Below, piece by piece: positions 1-8,794 of a stretch of DNA of 64,000 nucleotides; position 1 is the stretch's first letter; every line of letters starts with the position of its first letter. Source of the DNA: Acidobacteriota bacterium (GTDB lineage: Bacteria > Acidobacteriota > UBA6911); assembly GCA_965249005.1 (NCBI GenBank), contig CBDFLD010000023.1:495219-559218 (forward strand), read 5' to 3'. The notes below the pieces were generated by a model, which made no database searches, was not told the origin of the DNA, and was given only the letters and a program-made list of their open reading frames with translations. The translations under genes were made by a program, and so were the position numbers.

Positions 1-1
1 T

Positions 2-226
2 ACGCACGTTCACCGAATCTCAAATCTCTGGGGTTACGTAAAGACCAAAACGCCGGAGGATACGGAGTTTGCTCTTCGGAAGAAGCTACCCCGCAGGTAC
101 TGGAAAACTTACAACGACATCTTGGTGACGTTTGGCCAGAACATGTGTCTTCCCGTTTCCCCCTGGTGCAGCCGCTGCCCCGTGGAGCGCCACTGTGAAA
201 AGGTAGGACTGAAGCGATCCCGGTAG
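2..226 (+). CDS. nth: Endonuclease III (HhH-GPD DNA glycosylase), C-terminal part. The gene starts upstream of the window. Contains the 4Fe-4S motif C-x6-C-x2-C-x5-C (CLPVSPWCSRCPVERHC).
   Basis: My own frame-2 translation ...VHRISNLWGYVKTKTPEDTEFALRKKLP...CLPVSPWCSRCPVERHCEKVGL* matches the Nth C-terminus and FeS-cluster loop. The stop TAG is at 224-226. This ORF is not in the supplied track because it has no start in the window. Confidence 0.6.
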   Translation, partial: THVHRISNLWGYVKTKTPEDTEFALRKKLPRRYWKTYNDILVTFGQNMCLPVSPWCSRCPVERHCEKVGLKRSR

Positions 227-235
227 AATGGAAAA

Positions 236-294
236 GGGGACGTTCCCCACGTTTCCCGTTTTTCGTGAAAAACGGGAAACGTGGGGGACGTCCC
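236..294. terminator. Long, nearly perfect hairpin (GGGGACGTTCCCCACGTTTCCCGTTTTT-cgtg-AAAAACGGGAAACGTGGGGGACGTCCC) between convergent nth (+) and the DUF1232 gene (-). Likely a bidirectional terminator, and copy 1 of a repeat family.
   Basis: Inverted repeat read directly. It lies 10 nt after the nth stop and immediately after the stop of the 296..748 minus-strand gene. The same arms recur at 55405-55479. Confidence 0.5.
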
Positions 295-295
295 T

Positions 296-748
296 TTACG
301 CTCTACTTCCGAACTTTCGATGTAGAGGACGGAGAACGCTGTCGGGAAGGAATATGTGGCTAAACTCGGAAACTCTGTGAATCCAGGTGACCAGACATTG
401 GCTTCCCGTCCAGTGCTCCCGAACGACTTGCTCTCCCGAATTGGCAATGAGTCGGAGAAGCACCAAGGAGACGGCAGCAAGATCATCAAACTGTCCGATT
501 CCGGGAAGAATATCCGGCAGGAGATCCGCCGGTAGGGCCACATAGAAAACGACCGCGGCAACCAGAACCTTGTCCGCCCGGGCGACCCTGGGATCGCCCA
601 GGAGCCGGTAGAGAAGCTGCACCATCCTTGGAAGCAGCAGCACGGCTTCACGCAAGAAACCTTGGGCTTGTTGACGTTCGGCCAGTTTCTCTGATGTCAT
701 CAGGATTACCCCCAAGATATCTTGCCTGTTGGAGGGCATCCGTGTCAA
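296..748 (-). CDS. DUF1232 (YkvA-like) membrane protein. The start is TTG 748 or ATG 700.
   Basis: LLLPRMVQLLYRLLGDPRVARADKVLVAAVVFYVALPADLLPDILPGIGQFDDLAAV matches the DUF1232 signature (P-x-DLIPD-x-IP-x-G-x-DD). Confidence 0.5.
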   Translation of the reverse strand: MTRMPSNRQDILGVILMTSEKLAERQQAQGFLREAVLLLPRMVQLLYRLLGDPRVARADKVLVAAVVFYVALPADLLPDILPGIGQFDDLAAVSLVLLRLIANSGEQVVREHWTGSQCLVTWIHRVSEFSHIFLPDSVLRPLHRKFGSRA

Positions 749-771
749 ATCAAGGGCAACCTGCGGTCATG

Positions 772-1971
772 TCAAGCTGCTTGTGTAAAAAGGTCGAGGG
801 TACGAGTTGGTCGTTGTTCCTTCCAATCGAGATTGAATCGATGGAAGATCGAGTAAATGATTCTGTCGACACTCTGGACATTAACAAAGCAAACCATCGG
901 ACGCGTTCTCCGTCGAACCTCAACGAAGCAGCGTTCGATGACGTTGGTGGTTCGTAGCTTCTTCCACAGAGGCCGTGGGAAGCTGTAAAAGGCCAGTAAC
1001 TCAGGGAGATCCTTCTCCAATCGATTCACCATCTTCGGATAATCCTTGTGCCAGCAACGCTTCAGCCTCCTGAAAGCTGTCAGTGCATCCCGACGGCTAT
1101 CGGCCTGGTAGATGGCCCGTGCATCCTGCTTGATCTGGTCTCGATCGCACTTTCGGACTGAATTGACGATGTTTCGCATCTTATGTGCCCAGCAGCGTTG
1201 GTGCTGAGCTCTCGGATAGATCGTTTCAATGGCCGCTGCCAGACCTGCACAGCCGTCGGTCACAATCAGCTCGAGGTTATCTCCCTCTATACCACGCCGG
1301 TACAGATCTCCTAAGAGTCCTTCCCAGGCAGCTTGACTCTCTCCACTGCTGCGCATAAATGCCAAAAGCTGCCGGCTACCATCCGCTCTCACCCCGTAGG
1401 CCACCAGCATCTGCACCCGTTTCCGCCCACTCGGACGTCTTACCCTCAGACTCACTCCGTCCAGAAACAGTGTCTTCCATTCGTCACTCAACCGAGCTCG
1501 GTGAAATCGCTGTACTGCTTCATCTAGCTCTCGTGTCAGCTGCGATACCGTCTGTGCACTGACAACTTCTCCCGTCATGATCGCCACAATCCGTCCCACC
1601 GTCCGTGTGCTGATTCCTCTGAGAAACGCCTCTCGTATCAGCAACGTTACCTCGTCAGCTCGTCGTTGAAACCGTTGTAATCCCTTCGGGAGAAAATTCT
1701 TGTTCCGGCTCCGGGCAATCCGCAACCGTAACGTTCCAAAGCGGGTCACAAAGTCCCGTTCATAGTATCCATTGCGGTACTCTCTCTTTCTCTGCCCACC
1801 TCTTTCATACCATCCAAAGCCACAATAACGGTCTCTCTGCCGCTGTGATTCAGTCTCGAAATACCGTTTCCACGCCAGCTTTGTCTTGCTATACACATCT
1901 CCCCAAAAGTCTTCTTTTACCTCATCAAGGAAATGTTGGAATTGTTCGGTCATCGGTGTTAATTTCGCCAT
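772..1971 (-). CDS. IS256-family (Mutator-type) transposase, 399 aa.
   Basis: Full-length match to the MULE/IS256 transposase fold (…VTDGCAGLAAAIETIYPRAQHQRCWAHKMRNIV…LRTTNVIERCFVEVRRR…). The C-terminus ends inside the left inverted repeat. Confidence 0.9.
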   Translation of the reverse strand: MAKLTPMTEQFQHFLDEVKEDFWGDVYSKTKLAWKRYFETESQRQRDRYCGFGWYERGGQRKREYRNGYYERDFVTRFGTLRLRIARSRNKNFLPKGLQRFQRRADEVTLLIREAFLRGISTRTVGRIVAIMTGEVVSAQTVSQLTRELDEAVQRFHRARLSDEWKTLFLDGVSLRVRRPSGRKRVQMLVAYGVRADGSRQLLAFMRSSGESQAAWEGLLGDLYRRGIEGDNLELIVTDGCAGLAAAIETIYPRAQHQRCWAHKMRNIVNSVRKCDRDQIKQDARAIYQADSRRDALTAFRRLKRCWHKDYPKMVNRLEKDLPELLAFYSFPRPLWKKLRTTNVIERCFVEVRRRTRPMVCFVNVQSVDRIIYSIFHRFNLDWKEQRPTRTLDLFTQAA

Positions 1972-1975
1972 TGGG

Positions 1976-2040
1976 TGTAAGCTCCTTTCTTGGAGTTGGT
2001 TTTTGCCATCGCAGCGAAAAAACCAAACTTACACCCTCTT
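1976..2040. repeat. Nested hairpin in the transposase 5' leader inside the IS: GGGTGTAAG-[ctcctttcttggag]-TTGGTTTTTGC-catcgca-GCGAAAAAACCAA-a-CTTACACCC.
   Basis: Inverted repeats read directly, immediately upstream of the transposase start codon at 1971. Confidence 0.4.
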
Positions 2041-2152
2041 TCTTTTTACACAAGCAAAGTTACATCACCGCAACCTGCTTGTACCTTGATCCACAGCCAC
2101 TGCAATATGTTAGCTGATACTGGTCCTGCCATCGAAATTCCCGGGCGGGGAA

Positions 2153-3376
2153 CTAAGTGTTGCGGGACCCCGGAATGGATTTCCAGGTGACTGCCAGTAT
2201 GCCCCAAAGGATCAAGCTGTTGAGGAAGAAAATGGCCCGAATGTCCAGATGCGTGATGGCGCCGGCAGTCGTGGGACCGAGAGCGCTCCCCAGCAGAGCG
2301 GAGCTGGCAAGAAAAGAAAAGGAAGTTGCCCGTGTCTCCTCCGGGATCATTTGACTCCCAAGGGTGTAGATTACCACCATGCTTCCCCCTGCGAGCAGTC
2401 CGAGCGCCGCTCGAAGAACCAGCAACTGGGTGGATGCGGTCACGAGACCCATGGGAATGCAAATGAGCGCTCCTGCGGTGAGCCTCATTAGCAGTATCTT
2501 GCGAACCTGAACCTTTCTTAACCAGTGCCCCAGCATGGTCGCGGAGGCTCCCTCGGACAGCAGCCCCAGAGAAATAATCATCCCCGAGGTTTTGGCCACG
2601 TGACTTACCTTCGTGCCCAGACTCAAAACGTAAAGGGGAACAATGGGAGCGAAGCTACGCTCGACGAGGTTCACAAAGAACGCGATCACCAGCATGGAGC
2701 CAAAAGAGGGAAGAGCGAGCGCGCTCCTGAACGACAGCTTGGTGGATCTCGCCTTTCTTTCCGCGGCTTCCTGGGACGACGGCTCCAGGTAGAGCCGATG
2801 GATCATCACCAACGCCGCCAGGGCAAAGCACGCGCTGACCATGCAGGTTTTTCGAATCCCGATCGAGTCCGCCAGAAATCCGCCCATCATCGGCCCGATT
2901 CCGGCAGAGACGATCTGCACGGTTTGCAGCATTCCTACCGAACGGCTGACGTTTTCCCTTGGTATGGTCGAGATCAAAAGCGGGACCGACATCGTACCAA
3001 ATCCGCCGAACATTCCCATGACGGCACGCAAGAGCCAGAGCTGATAAGGAGATTTCGCGAATCCAAACAAGGCCCAATGTAGCGTCGCAGCAGCCATTGC
3101 GCGTTCCACCATGATCTTCATCCCGAAGCGGTCCGCCAGTCTTCCCCACAGAGGGGCCAGAAACGCGGCAATCAATGGAGAAGTCGTAATGAGAAGGCCA
3201 GACCACGTGGCAATGGAGGCTTCTTGCCGCACCCCGAGCTCCGAAACATAGAGCGGTAGAAAGGGCATGACGAAGGTAAATCCGGCGAAGACAAGCGACG
3301 ACGCGATACAGATCGCCAGCCGATTGCGGCGCCATTGCTCTTTGGGAATCGTAAGGCGGAGATGCCTCAAGGCCAT
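2153..3376 (-). CDS. MFS transporter (12 transmembrane segments).
   Basis: Hydrophobic helices throughout. Typical MFS loop motifs are present (GRLADRFG, second-half repeat). Confidence 0.8.
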   Translation of the reverse strand: MALRHLRLTIPKEQWRRNRLAICIASSLVFAGFTFVMPFLPLYVSELGVRQEASIATWSGLLITTSPLIAAFLAPLWGRLADRFGMKIMVERAMAAATLHWALFGFAKSPYQLWLLRAVMGMFGGFGTMSVPLLISTIPRENVSRSVGMLQTVQIVSAGIGPMMGGFLADSIGIRKTCMVSACFALAALVMIHRLYLEPSSQEAAERKARSTKLSFRSALALPSFGSMLVIAFFVNLVERSFAPIVPLYVLSLGTKVSHVAKTSGMIISLGLLSEGASATMLGHWLRKVQVRKILLMRLTAGALICIPMGLVTASTQLLVLRAALGLLAGGSMVVIYTLGSQMIPEETRATSFSFLASSALLGSALGPTTAGAITHLDIRAIFFLNSLILWGILAVTWKSIPGSRNT

Positions 3377-3531
3377 GAGCCGGTTATTCTAACACATCCC
3401 TTCATCGCCCTCGTTCTTCTAGGCATCTCAGGCGGGTCTGCCGATAAACCGCTGGAAAGCGCCGACCGCGGCTTGTACGAACCTGGAGCGGTGTGTATGA
3501 TGATCTGCTTTGCAGACAGGGATGTATCTGA

Positions 3532-5331
3532 TTGAGCAACAAGTCCGTCATTCGAAACTTCTCCATCATTGCCCACATCGATCACGGAAAATCCACGCTG
3601 GCCGATCGACTGCTGGAATACACGGGCGCTCTCTCCCAGAGGGAGATGGCAAGCCAGGTCCTCGATGACATGGAATTGGAGCGGGAGCGTGGGATCACGA
3701 TCAAAGCCCGCTCGGTTCGTTTGAATTACGATGCGCTAGATGGAAACAGGTACATTTTGAACTTGATCGATACGCCTGGCCACGTTGATTTCTCCTATGA
3801 GGTCTCCCGTAGTCTCGCGGCATGTGACGGCGCGCTGCTGCTGATCGATGCTTCTCAAGGCGTCGAGGCCCAAACCCTTGCAAACACATATCTTGCGTTG
3901 GATCATAGTCTGGAGATCATTCCGGTGATCAACAAGATCGATTTGCCGAGCGCCGACATTGCCCGAATCCAGGACCAAATCGAGAACATCATCGGCCTGG
4001 ACGCTAGCAACGCCATCCTGACAAGCGCCAAAGAGGGAATCGGTACCGAGGAAGTTTTCGAAGCCATCGTCAAACGGTTGCCGGCTCCGACCGGAGACTA
4101 TGACAAACCGTTGAGGGCATTGATTTTTGACTCCTGGTTTGACCCATACCGGGGCGTGCTGGTGTTGATCCGAATTCTCGATGGGACCATTCGCCGGGGG
4201 ATGAAGATCCGGCTCCTGTCTACGGAGCAAACCTACTCCGTCGAACAGGTGGGCGTCATGACCCCGAAGTTCGCCGAGGTGGAGGAGCTCTCGGTCGGAG
4301 AGGTTGGGCTGATGGCGGCGGGAATCAAGCGTGTCGCGGACACGAGAATCGGGGAGACGATTACGGAAGATTCGAGACCAACGACGGAGCCTTTCCCGGG
4401 GTTCCAGGAAATCAAGCCCATGGTCTTCGCCGGACTTTATCCGACCGAAAGCGCTCAGTACGAGGACCTGCGCGATGCACTGGACAAGCTCCGCTTGAAC
4501 GACTCGTCCTTCTTTTACGAACCTGATACGTCCGGGGCCTTGGGGTTTGGCTTTCGCTGTGGTTTTCTCGGACTACTTCATATGGAAATCGTTCAGGAGC
4601 GGCTCGAGAGAGAATTCAATCTTTCCTTGCTCACCACAGCCCCTGGTGTCCGGTACAGGATCACGACGAGAAATGGTAAGACCGTGGAAATCCATAATCC
4701 GGCAAAGCTCCCTCCAGCCGGCGATGTGCAGAAGTTCGAGGAACCGATAATCACGGCCACCATTCTCACCAGCGACGAGTACCTGGGGCCCATCTTGAAG
4801 CTGCTCGAAGATAAACGAGGCCAGCAGCGTGGATTCGAGTACGTTTCCACCAATCGAGTGCTCATCACCTATCAGCTGCCTCTGAACGAAATCGTACTGG
4901 ATTTTTACGACCGCTTGAAGTCGGCCTCCCGCGGCTATGCGTCATTGGACTACCAGCTTTCGGGGTATCAGGAGTCCCGACTGGTCAAGCTGGACATTCT
5001 GGTAGCCGGAGATCCGATCGATGCTCTGTCGGTAATCGTGCACGCCGACGCGGCCCACGTGCGCGGACGGGCCCTGGCTCAGAAAATGAAAGAGCTTATT
5101 CCCCGCCAGATGTATGAAGTCGTGATTCAGGCATCGATCGGCAGCAAGATCATTGCCCGGGAAACCGTCCGTCCGCTGCGCAAGAACGTGCTTGCCAAAT
5201 GCTACGGGGGCGACGTCACTCGGAAGCGAAAGCTCCTCGAAAAGCAAAAAGAAGGCAAGAAGCGCATGAAGCGCCTCGGCAAGATCGAGATCCCTCAGGA
5301 AGCCTTCCTCGCCGTCCTTCGCGTGGATTAG
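3532..5331 (+). CDS. lepA: Elongation factor 4 (LepA). TTG start.
   Basis: N-terminal G-domain [30 protein letters not shown] and NKIDLP motifs. The length and C-terminal domain are typical of LepA. Confidence 0.95.
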   Translation: MSNKSVIRNFSIIAHIDHGKSTLADRLLEYTGALSQREMASQVLDDMELERERGITIKARSVRLNYDALDGNRYILNLIDTPGHVDFSYEVSRSLAACDGALLLIDASQGVEAQTLANTYLALDHSLEIIPVINKIDLPSADIARIQDQIENIIGLDASNAILTSAKEGIGTEEVFEAIVKRLPAPTGDYDKPLRALIFDSWFDPYRGVLVLIRILDGTIRRGMKIRLLSTEQTYSVEQVGVMTPKFAEVEELSVGEVGLMAAGIKRVADTRIGETITEDSRPTTEPFPGFQEIKPMVFAGLYPTESAQYEDLRDALDKLRLNDSSFFYEPDTSGALGFGFRCGFLGLLHMEIVQERLEREFNLSLLTTAPGVRYRITTRNGKTVEIHNPAKLPPAGDVQKFEEPIITATILTSDEYLGPILKLLEDKRGQQRGFEYVSTNRVLITYQLPLNEIVLDFYDRLKSASRGYASLDYQLSGYQESRLVKLDILVAGDPIDALSVIVHADAAHVRGRALAQKMKELIPRQMYEVVIQASIGSKIIARETVRPLRKNVLAKCYGGDVTRKRKLLEKQKEGKKRMKRLGKIEIPQEAFLAVLRVD

Positions 5332-5494
5332 GGACCGGGTCTCACACCCGAGGCGCTATCCGCTCAGCGGAAAGCGGAAAAATTGTAAGCCCCGTCACAC
5401 AATCCCCGCCACGGAAGGCCTGAATTGTATATTGGGCGCCTTATAGGCCGCCGATGAATCTTCTATGCGGCGTTCCGTTCCAAGGGGTCATTGT

Positions 5495-5890
5495 ATGAGT
5501 TATCCCAAACATCCGAAGGCGTGGAGCCAGAGCCAAGAGGGGAAAGGGACAGGCGGCTGCCTGGTCTTTCTGGCCCTCCTCGCACTCAGCGGCGTGATCG
5601 CTGTGAGGGCGGTCCCCCCCTACTACGCGTACAAGAGTCTTGAAACGGACGTAAAGACTGAAGTCAGCCGAGCGGGCGCCAATTTCTACGACAACGAGAG
5701 CATCATCAGGAATGTCTTGAGTTTGGCGAAGAAGAACGAAATCCGGATCAAACGCAGCAACGTGAAGCTGGACCGATTTGCAGGTCAGATTCATGTGAGG
5801 GTTCAGTGGACGGAAGAAATTGACTTTCTAGTTTATCCGTATGATATGACGTTCAGAATCAAAGCATCCAGCTACATCGGTCGTCTCTAG
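5495..5890 (+). CDS. Hypothetical membrane-anchored protein (DUF4845-like). Start at ATG 5495, with RBS AAGGGG.
   Basis: One N-terminal transmembrane helix (CLVFLALLALSGVIAV) plus a conserved soluble domain. The track ORF 5465 is an upstream extension without an RBS. Confidence 0.5.
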   Translation: MSYPKHPKAWSQSQEGKGTGGCLVFLALLALSGVIAVRAVPPYYAYKSLETDVKTEVSRAGANFYDNESIIRNVLSLAKKNEIRIKRSNVKLDRFAGQIHVRVQWTEEIDFLVYPYDMTFRIKASSYIGRL

Positions 5891-5990
5891 CCCCACCGGC
5901 CGCATACCTCAGCCGGGCGGTGCACCTCGCCTCGAACTCACTTGCACACCGTGGTTTCGAAGTCTAAGATGGTTATAGGCGAGGTGAACG

Positions 5991-6800
5991 ATGTTTCTCA
6001 TGCCTAGCCCCTTCCGGCGTCGAAACTGTCGCTTCGGACTACTGCTCTGCCTCTGGACCGGTCTACTGGCAGGCGGATGCGGCATTTCCATACCAAGAGT
6101 CGCGAAGGTCCAGGTGCCCGAGGCCAAGGTCCTTCAATCCAACGCGATCGCGAAGGAGGCGGACGTTTCTTTCGCTCGTAAGGACTATTACGCCGCCCTG
6201 ATCAAGTACCTCGAGGCTTCGCGCCTCAATCCCAATAGTGCATACATCTTCAACAAGGTTGGGATCACCTATTCACAACTTGATTTCTACGATGAGGCAA
6301 AGGACTCCTTCGAGAGGTCGATCGGACTGAATTCTGAGTACGTCTATCCGCTCAGCAATCTGGGCTCTGTATACTTCGCGCTTCAAGATCTGAGGAAGGC
6401 CGAGCAGCTCTACAGGAAAGCGATCGACATGAACGCCGATGTGGCCGCCTTCCACATCAATCTCGGAACACTGTTGTACGAGCGCAAGAAGTTCAAGAAG
6501 GGAATGGCTCAATGGCGCACGGGCTTATCGCTCGATCCGAATATCTTCGACAAACCGCAAAGAATTAGCCTGGTCGCAGCGGGCAAGGCAAGCTCCAAGA
6601 AAGAGAAGAGTTATTATGTGGCCCGGCTGTACGCATCGCTCGGAGATGTGGAGCGCGCCGTCACAAACCTCGAGAGGGCATTGAGTAACGGCTTTGAAGA
6701 TCTAAAGGCCATTCAGAAAGAGCGAGACTTCGATCCGATCCGTGAAGATCAGAGATTTATTGCCTTCATGCGCAACGCCTCCGTCATTACAAGACAATAG
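5991..6800 (+). CDS. TPR-repeat lipoprotein (lipobox LLAGGC).
   Basis: Signal peptide plus Cys lipobox. Several TPR repeats follow (AYIFNKVGITYSQLDFYDEAKDSFERSIGLN…). RBS GAGGTG. Confidence 0.7.
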   Translation: MFLMPSPFRRRNCRFGLLLCLWTGLLAGGCGISIPRVAKVQVPEAKVLQSNAIAKEADVSFARKDYYAALIKYLEASRLNPNSAYIFNKVGITYSQLDFYDEAKDSFERSIGLNSEYVYPLSNLGSVYFALQDLRKAEQLYRKAIDMNADVAAFHINLGTLLYERKKFKKGMAQWRTGLSLDPNIFDKPQRISLVAAGKASSKKEKSYYVARLYASLGDVERAVTNLERALSNGFEDLKAIQKERDFDPIREDQRFIAFMRNASVITRQ

Positions 6801-6856
6801 CTATCCATACGTAATCGTGATCTTGTTCCTTCGAGCTCGGCTTGACGAGAGAGGCA

Positions 6857-7255
6857 TTAGCCCGGCCGCGTGAAATGGTACTTGGGAAGGTCTGCCAATT
6901 CTACGTGGGCGACCTCCCCTTCACGTAGCATGCGGACCCACCGCCGGAGCTCCTCTCGAAGACGGCCTAAATCTACGCCTGCATAGAGGTCACTGTACGG
7001 TTGGAGATTCTCCAGTCCTTTGCGCAGCTGGCTTTCTGCTCCCCTTTGGTTGCCGTTGCCAAGGTGATAAAAACCAACCGCCACCTGGATCAAGCCCTGC
7101 AGGAAGTTTCGCGCAGGTCCTCTCAACCCGTGCCAAACGTCCTCGAGCGTATCGTGGCACTCGAAGAACCGGCCAGCATTGAACTGCTCGACTGCTCGTT
7201 CCAACTCTTGCAAGAGAGAATCGTCAAGCTGTGGTTCTGGTATCGGATCAGGCAT
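6857..7255 (-). CDS. DUF309-family protein.
   Basis: FNAGRFFECHDTLEDVWHG…QGLIQVAVGFYHL matches the DUF309 core. Confidence 0.55.
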   Translation of the reverse strand: MPDPIPEPQLDDSLLQELERAVEQFNAGRFFECHDTLEDVWHGLRGPARNFLQGLIQVAVGFYHLGNGNQRGAESQLRKGLENLQPYSDLYAGVDLGRLREELRRWVRMLREGEVAHVELADLPKYHFTRPG

Positions 7256-8219
7256 CTCGGCTGGTCATGGGTGCAAGTTCAACGAGCCACGCTGCCAGCA
7301 GAGGGATTACGATCTCGTGGTGCCCTGTAATCGAGATTCCACGTCCTCCCCCTTGAATCGGGCGCTTGATGACGTTCTCGATGGGACGGTAGTGCTGAAT
7401 GAAATCGAGGTTTGCGGTCGTGAAGTTCTTGAGGGTCTCGCCGCTGTTGCGGACCAACGAGACCGACTTCAAGAACACCTCCGGGAGGGTTACCGCGGAG
7501 CCGCAATTCAGGTACACACCCCCGTCGTCCAATCCGGCCACCAGGCTGGCAAACAAACGAAAATCGAGATGGCTACCGGAACCTGTGTCGGCCGGCGAAA
7601 CGCTCGGGTGGTTGTGAACGATGTCTGTTCCCAGGGTCACATGCACGGTCACCGGAATACTCCGCAAGTATGCCTGCTGGAGCAAGCTCATCTCGCCAAA
7701 GCGAAAGTTCTTCTCGCTCAGGTACTTCCCCAGCGACTCTCCGATCCCGAGGTCCTCCCGAGCTCCCTGCGAGATGGCATGGTTGATCTCCGATCCGGTC
7801 TCCTCCGCCATCCCGAATTCGCCCGTTTCCAGTTGGGTCTCGACATCCTCGCTCGTGGCCCCAACGACCGCGATTTCGAAATCGTGAATGATTCCGGCCC
7901 CATTCAAGGCGAGAGCGGTCACCATCCCGCGATCCATGAGGTCTACCAAAACCGGGGTCAGGCCCGTTTTGATAACGTGCCCCCCCAGACCCCAAATGAT
8001 GGGTTTGCCAAGATTTTGCGCCTGAAAGATGGCTTGGGCGAGGTCACGAAGATTCTCCGCTGCGAGGATGATTGGTAGACTTTCAAGAAATTGGGAGAGC
8101 TTGTCTCCCTTTCGGTGTGGCGTGGCAAAGGACTGGACGCTGACTTTACTCGTCCGGTTTTTCAGGGGATAGGTACGAACCCGATCTAAACCGAAGGGCC
8201 GCACGCGATATTTGGACAT
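7248..8219 (-). CDS. Deoxyhypusine-synthase-like family protein. The start is ATG 8219 or TTG 8228.
   Basis: GGHVIKTGLTPVLVDLMDRGMVTALALNGAGIIHDFE resembles the DHS NAD-binding core (…VDVLVTTAGGVEED…). Its start overlaps the gmhA stop and its stop overlaps DUF309 by 8 nt, consistent with an operon. Confidence 0.5.
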   Translation of the reverse strand: MSKYRVRPFGLDRVRTYPLKNRTSKVSVQSFATPHRKGDKLSQFLESLPIILAAENLRDLAQAIFQAQNLGKPIIWGLGGHVIKTGLTPVLVDLMDRGMVTALALNGAGIIHDFEIAVVGATSEDVETQLETGEFGMAEETGSEINHAISQGAREDLGIGESLGKYLSEKNFRFGEMSLLQQAYLRSIPVTVHVTLGTDIVHNHPSVSPADTGSGSHLDFRLFASLVAGLDDGGVYLNCGSAVTLPEVFLKSVSLVRNSGETLKNFTTANLDFIQHYRPIENVIKRPIQGGGRGISITGHHEIVIPLLAAWLVELAPMTSRDA

Positions 8220-8224
8220 TCCGG

Positions 8225-8794
8225 TCAATCCCCAAGATGTTCGTCGACAAGCTCACAGAGGATGTGGCCGATCATGATATGGGTCTCCTGCACTCGGGCG
8301 GTGATCGGGCTAGGAACGTTGAGATGATGCTGGACCATCGATCCTAGTTTCCCTCCATCACCGCCGGTCAGCGCGACAGTGGTCATCTCGAGCTTGACCG
8401 CGGCAGCCGTCGCGCGCAGGACGTTGGGGGAGTTGCCGCTCGTCGAAATTCCGAATGCCACATCTCCACTCCGACCCAGCGCGCGAACCTGCCGCGCGAA
8501 GACTTCTTCATACCCGTAGTCGTTTCCGACGCTGGTCAGGATCGAGCTATCCGTCGTGAGCGCGATGGCGGCCAGCGGGTCTCGCTCCCTACGAAATCGA
8601 CCGACCCACTCCGCCGCGATGTGCTGTGCATCCGCTGCACTGCCGCCGTTGCCGAAGAGTAGTACCTTGCCTCCCGATCGGAGCACCCTGCAAATCTCCT
8701 GGGCAAGGGCGACAATCTGCCTCTCATTCGTTTGAAAGAACGATTGCTTGAGCTGAAGGCTCTCTGAAACCGCCAGTCGAATGGTCTCAATCAT
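8225..8794 (-). CDS. gmhA: Phosphoheptose (sedoheptulose-7-phosphate) isomerase, SIS domain.
   Basis: [19 protein letters not shown]…[11 protein letters not shown] are SIS-domain motifs. The ATGA start overlaps the uvrA stop. Confidence 0.8.
   Translation of the reverse strand: MIETIRLAVSESLQLKQSFFQTNERQIVALAQEICRVLRSGGKVLLFGNGGSAADAQHIAAEWVGRFRRERDPLAAIALTTDSSILTSVGNDYGYEEVFARQVRALGRSGDVAFGISTSGNSPNVLRATAAAVKLEMTTVALTGGDGGKLGSMVQHHLNVPSPITARVQETHIMIGHILCELVDEHLGD

Larger units (their letters stand above)
765..2070 (-). mobile_element. IS256-family insertion sequence, about 1306 bp. Imperfect terminal inverted repeats are GGTCATGTCAAGCTGCTTGTGTAAAAA (left) and CGGTGATGTAACTTTGCTTGTGTAAAAA (right, reverse complement). 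It is flanked by a 9-bp direct repeat GCAACCTGC at 756-764 and 2070-2078.
   Basis: Terminal inverted repeats and target-site duplication read directly. The inner inverted-repeat motif TTGTGTAAAA is shared with IS256 itself. An 8-9 bp duplication is typical of the family. The transposase ORF lies inside. Confidence 0.75.

Noticed and set aside
109-651. 180-aa minus-strand ORF at the window start
   Set aside because: It overlaps the nth 3' end, the long terminator hairpin and the DUF1232 gene in another frame. The protein is low-complexity (W/C/S-rich) and has no RBS. It is a typical high-GC spurious ORF.
5340-5380. Possible rho-independent terminator after lepA (CCGCTcagcggaaAGCGG followed by an A-run)
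   Set aside because: Short 5-bp stem with an 8-nt loop, and no T-tract on the lepA strand. Too weak to call.
7179-8078. 299-aa plus-strand ORF
   Set aside because: Entirely antisense to the DHS-like gene, which has clear family similarity. No motif. A GC-driven open frame.
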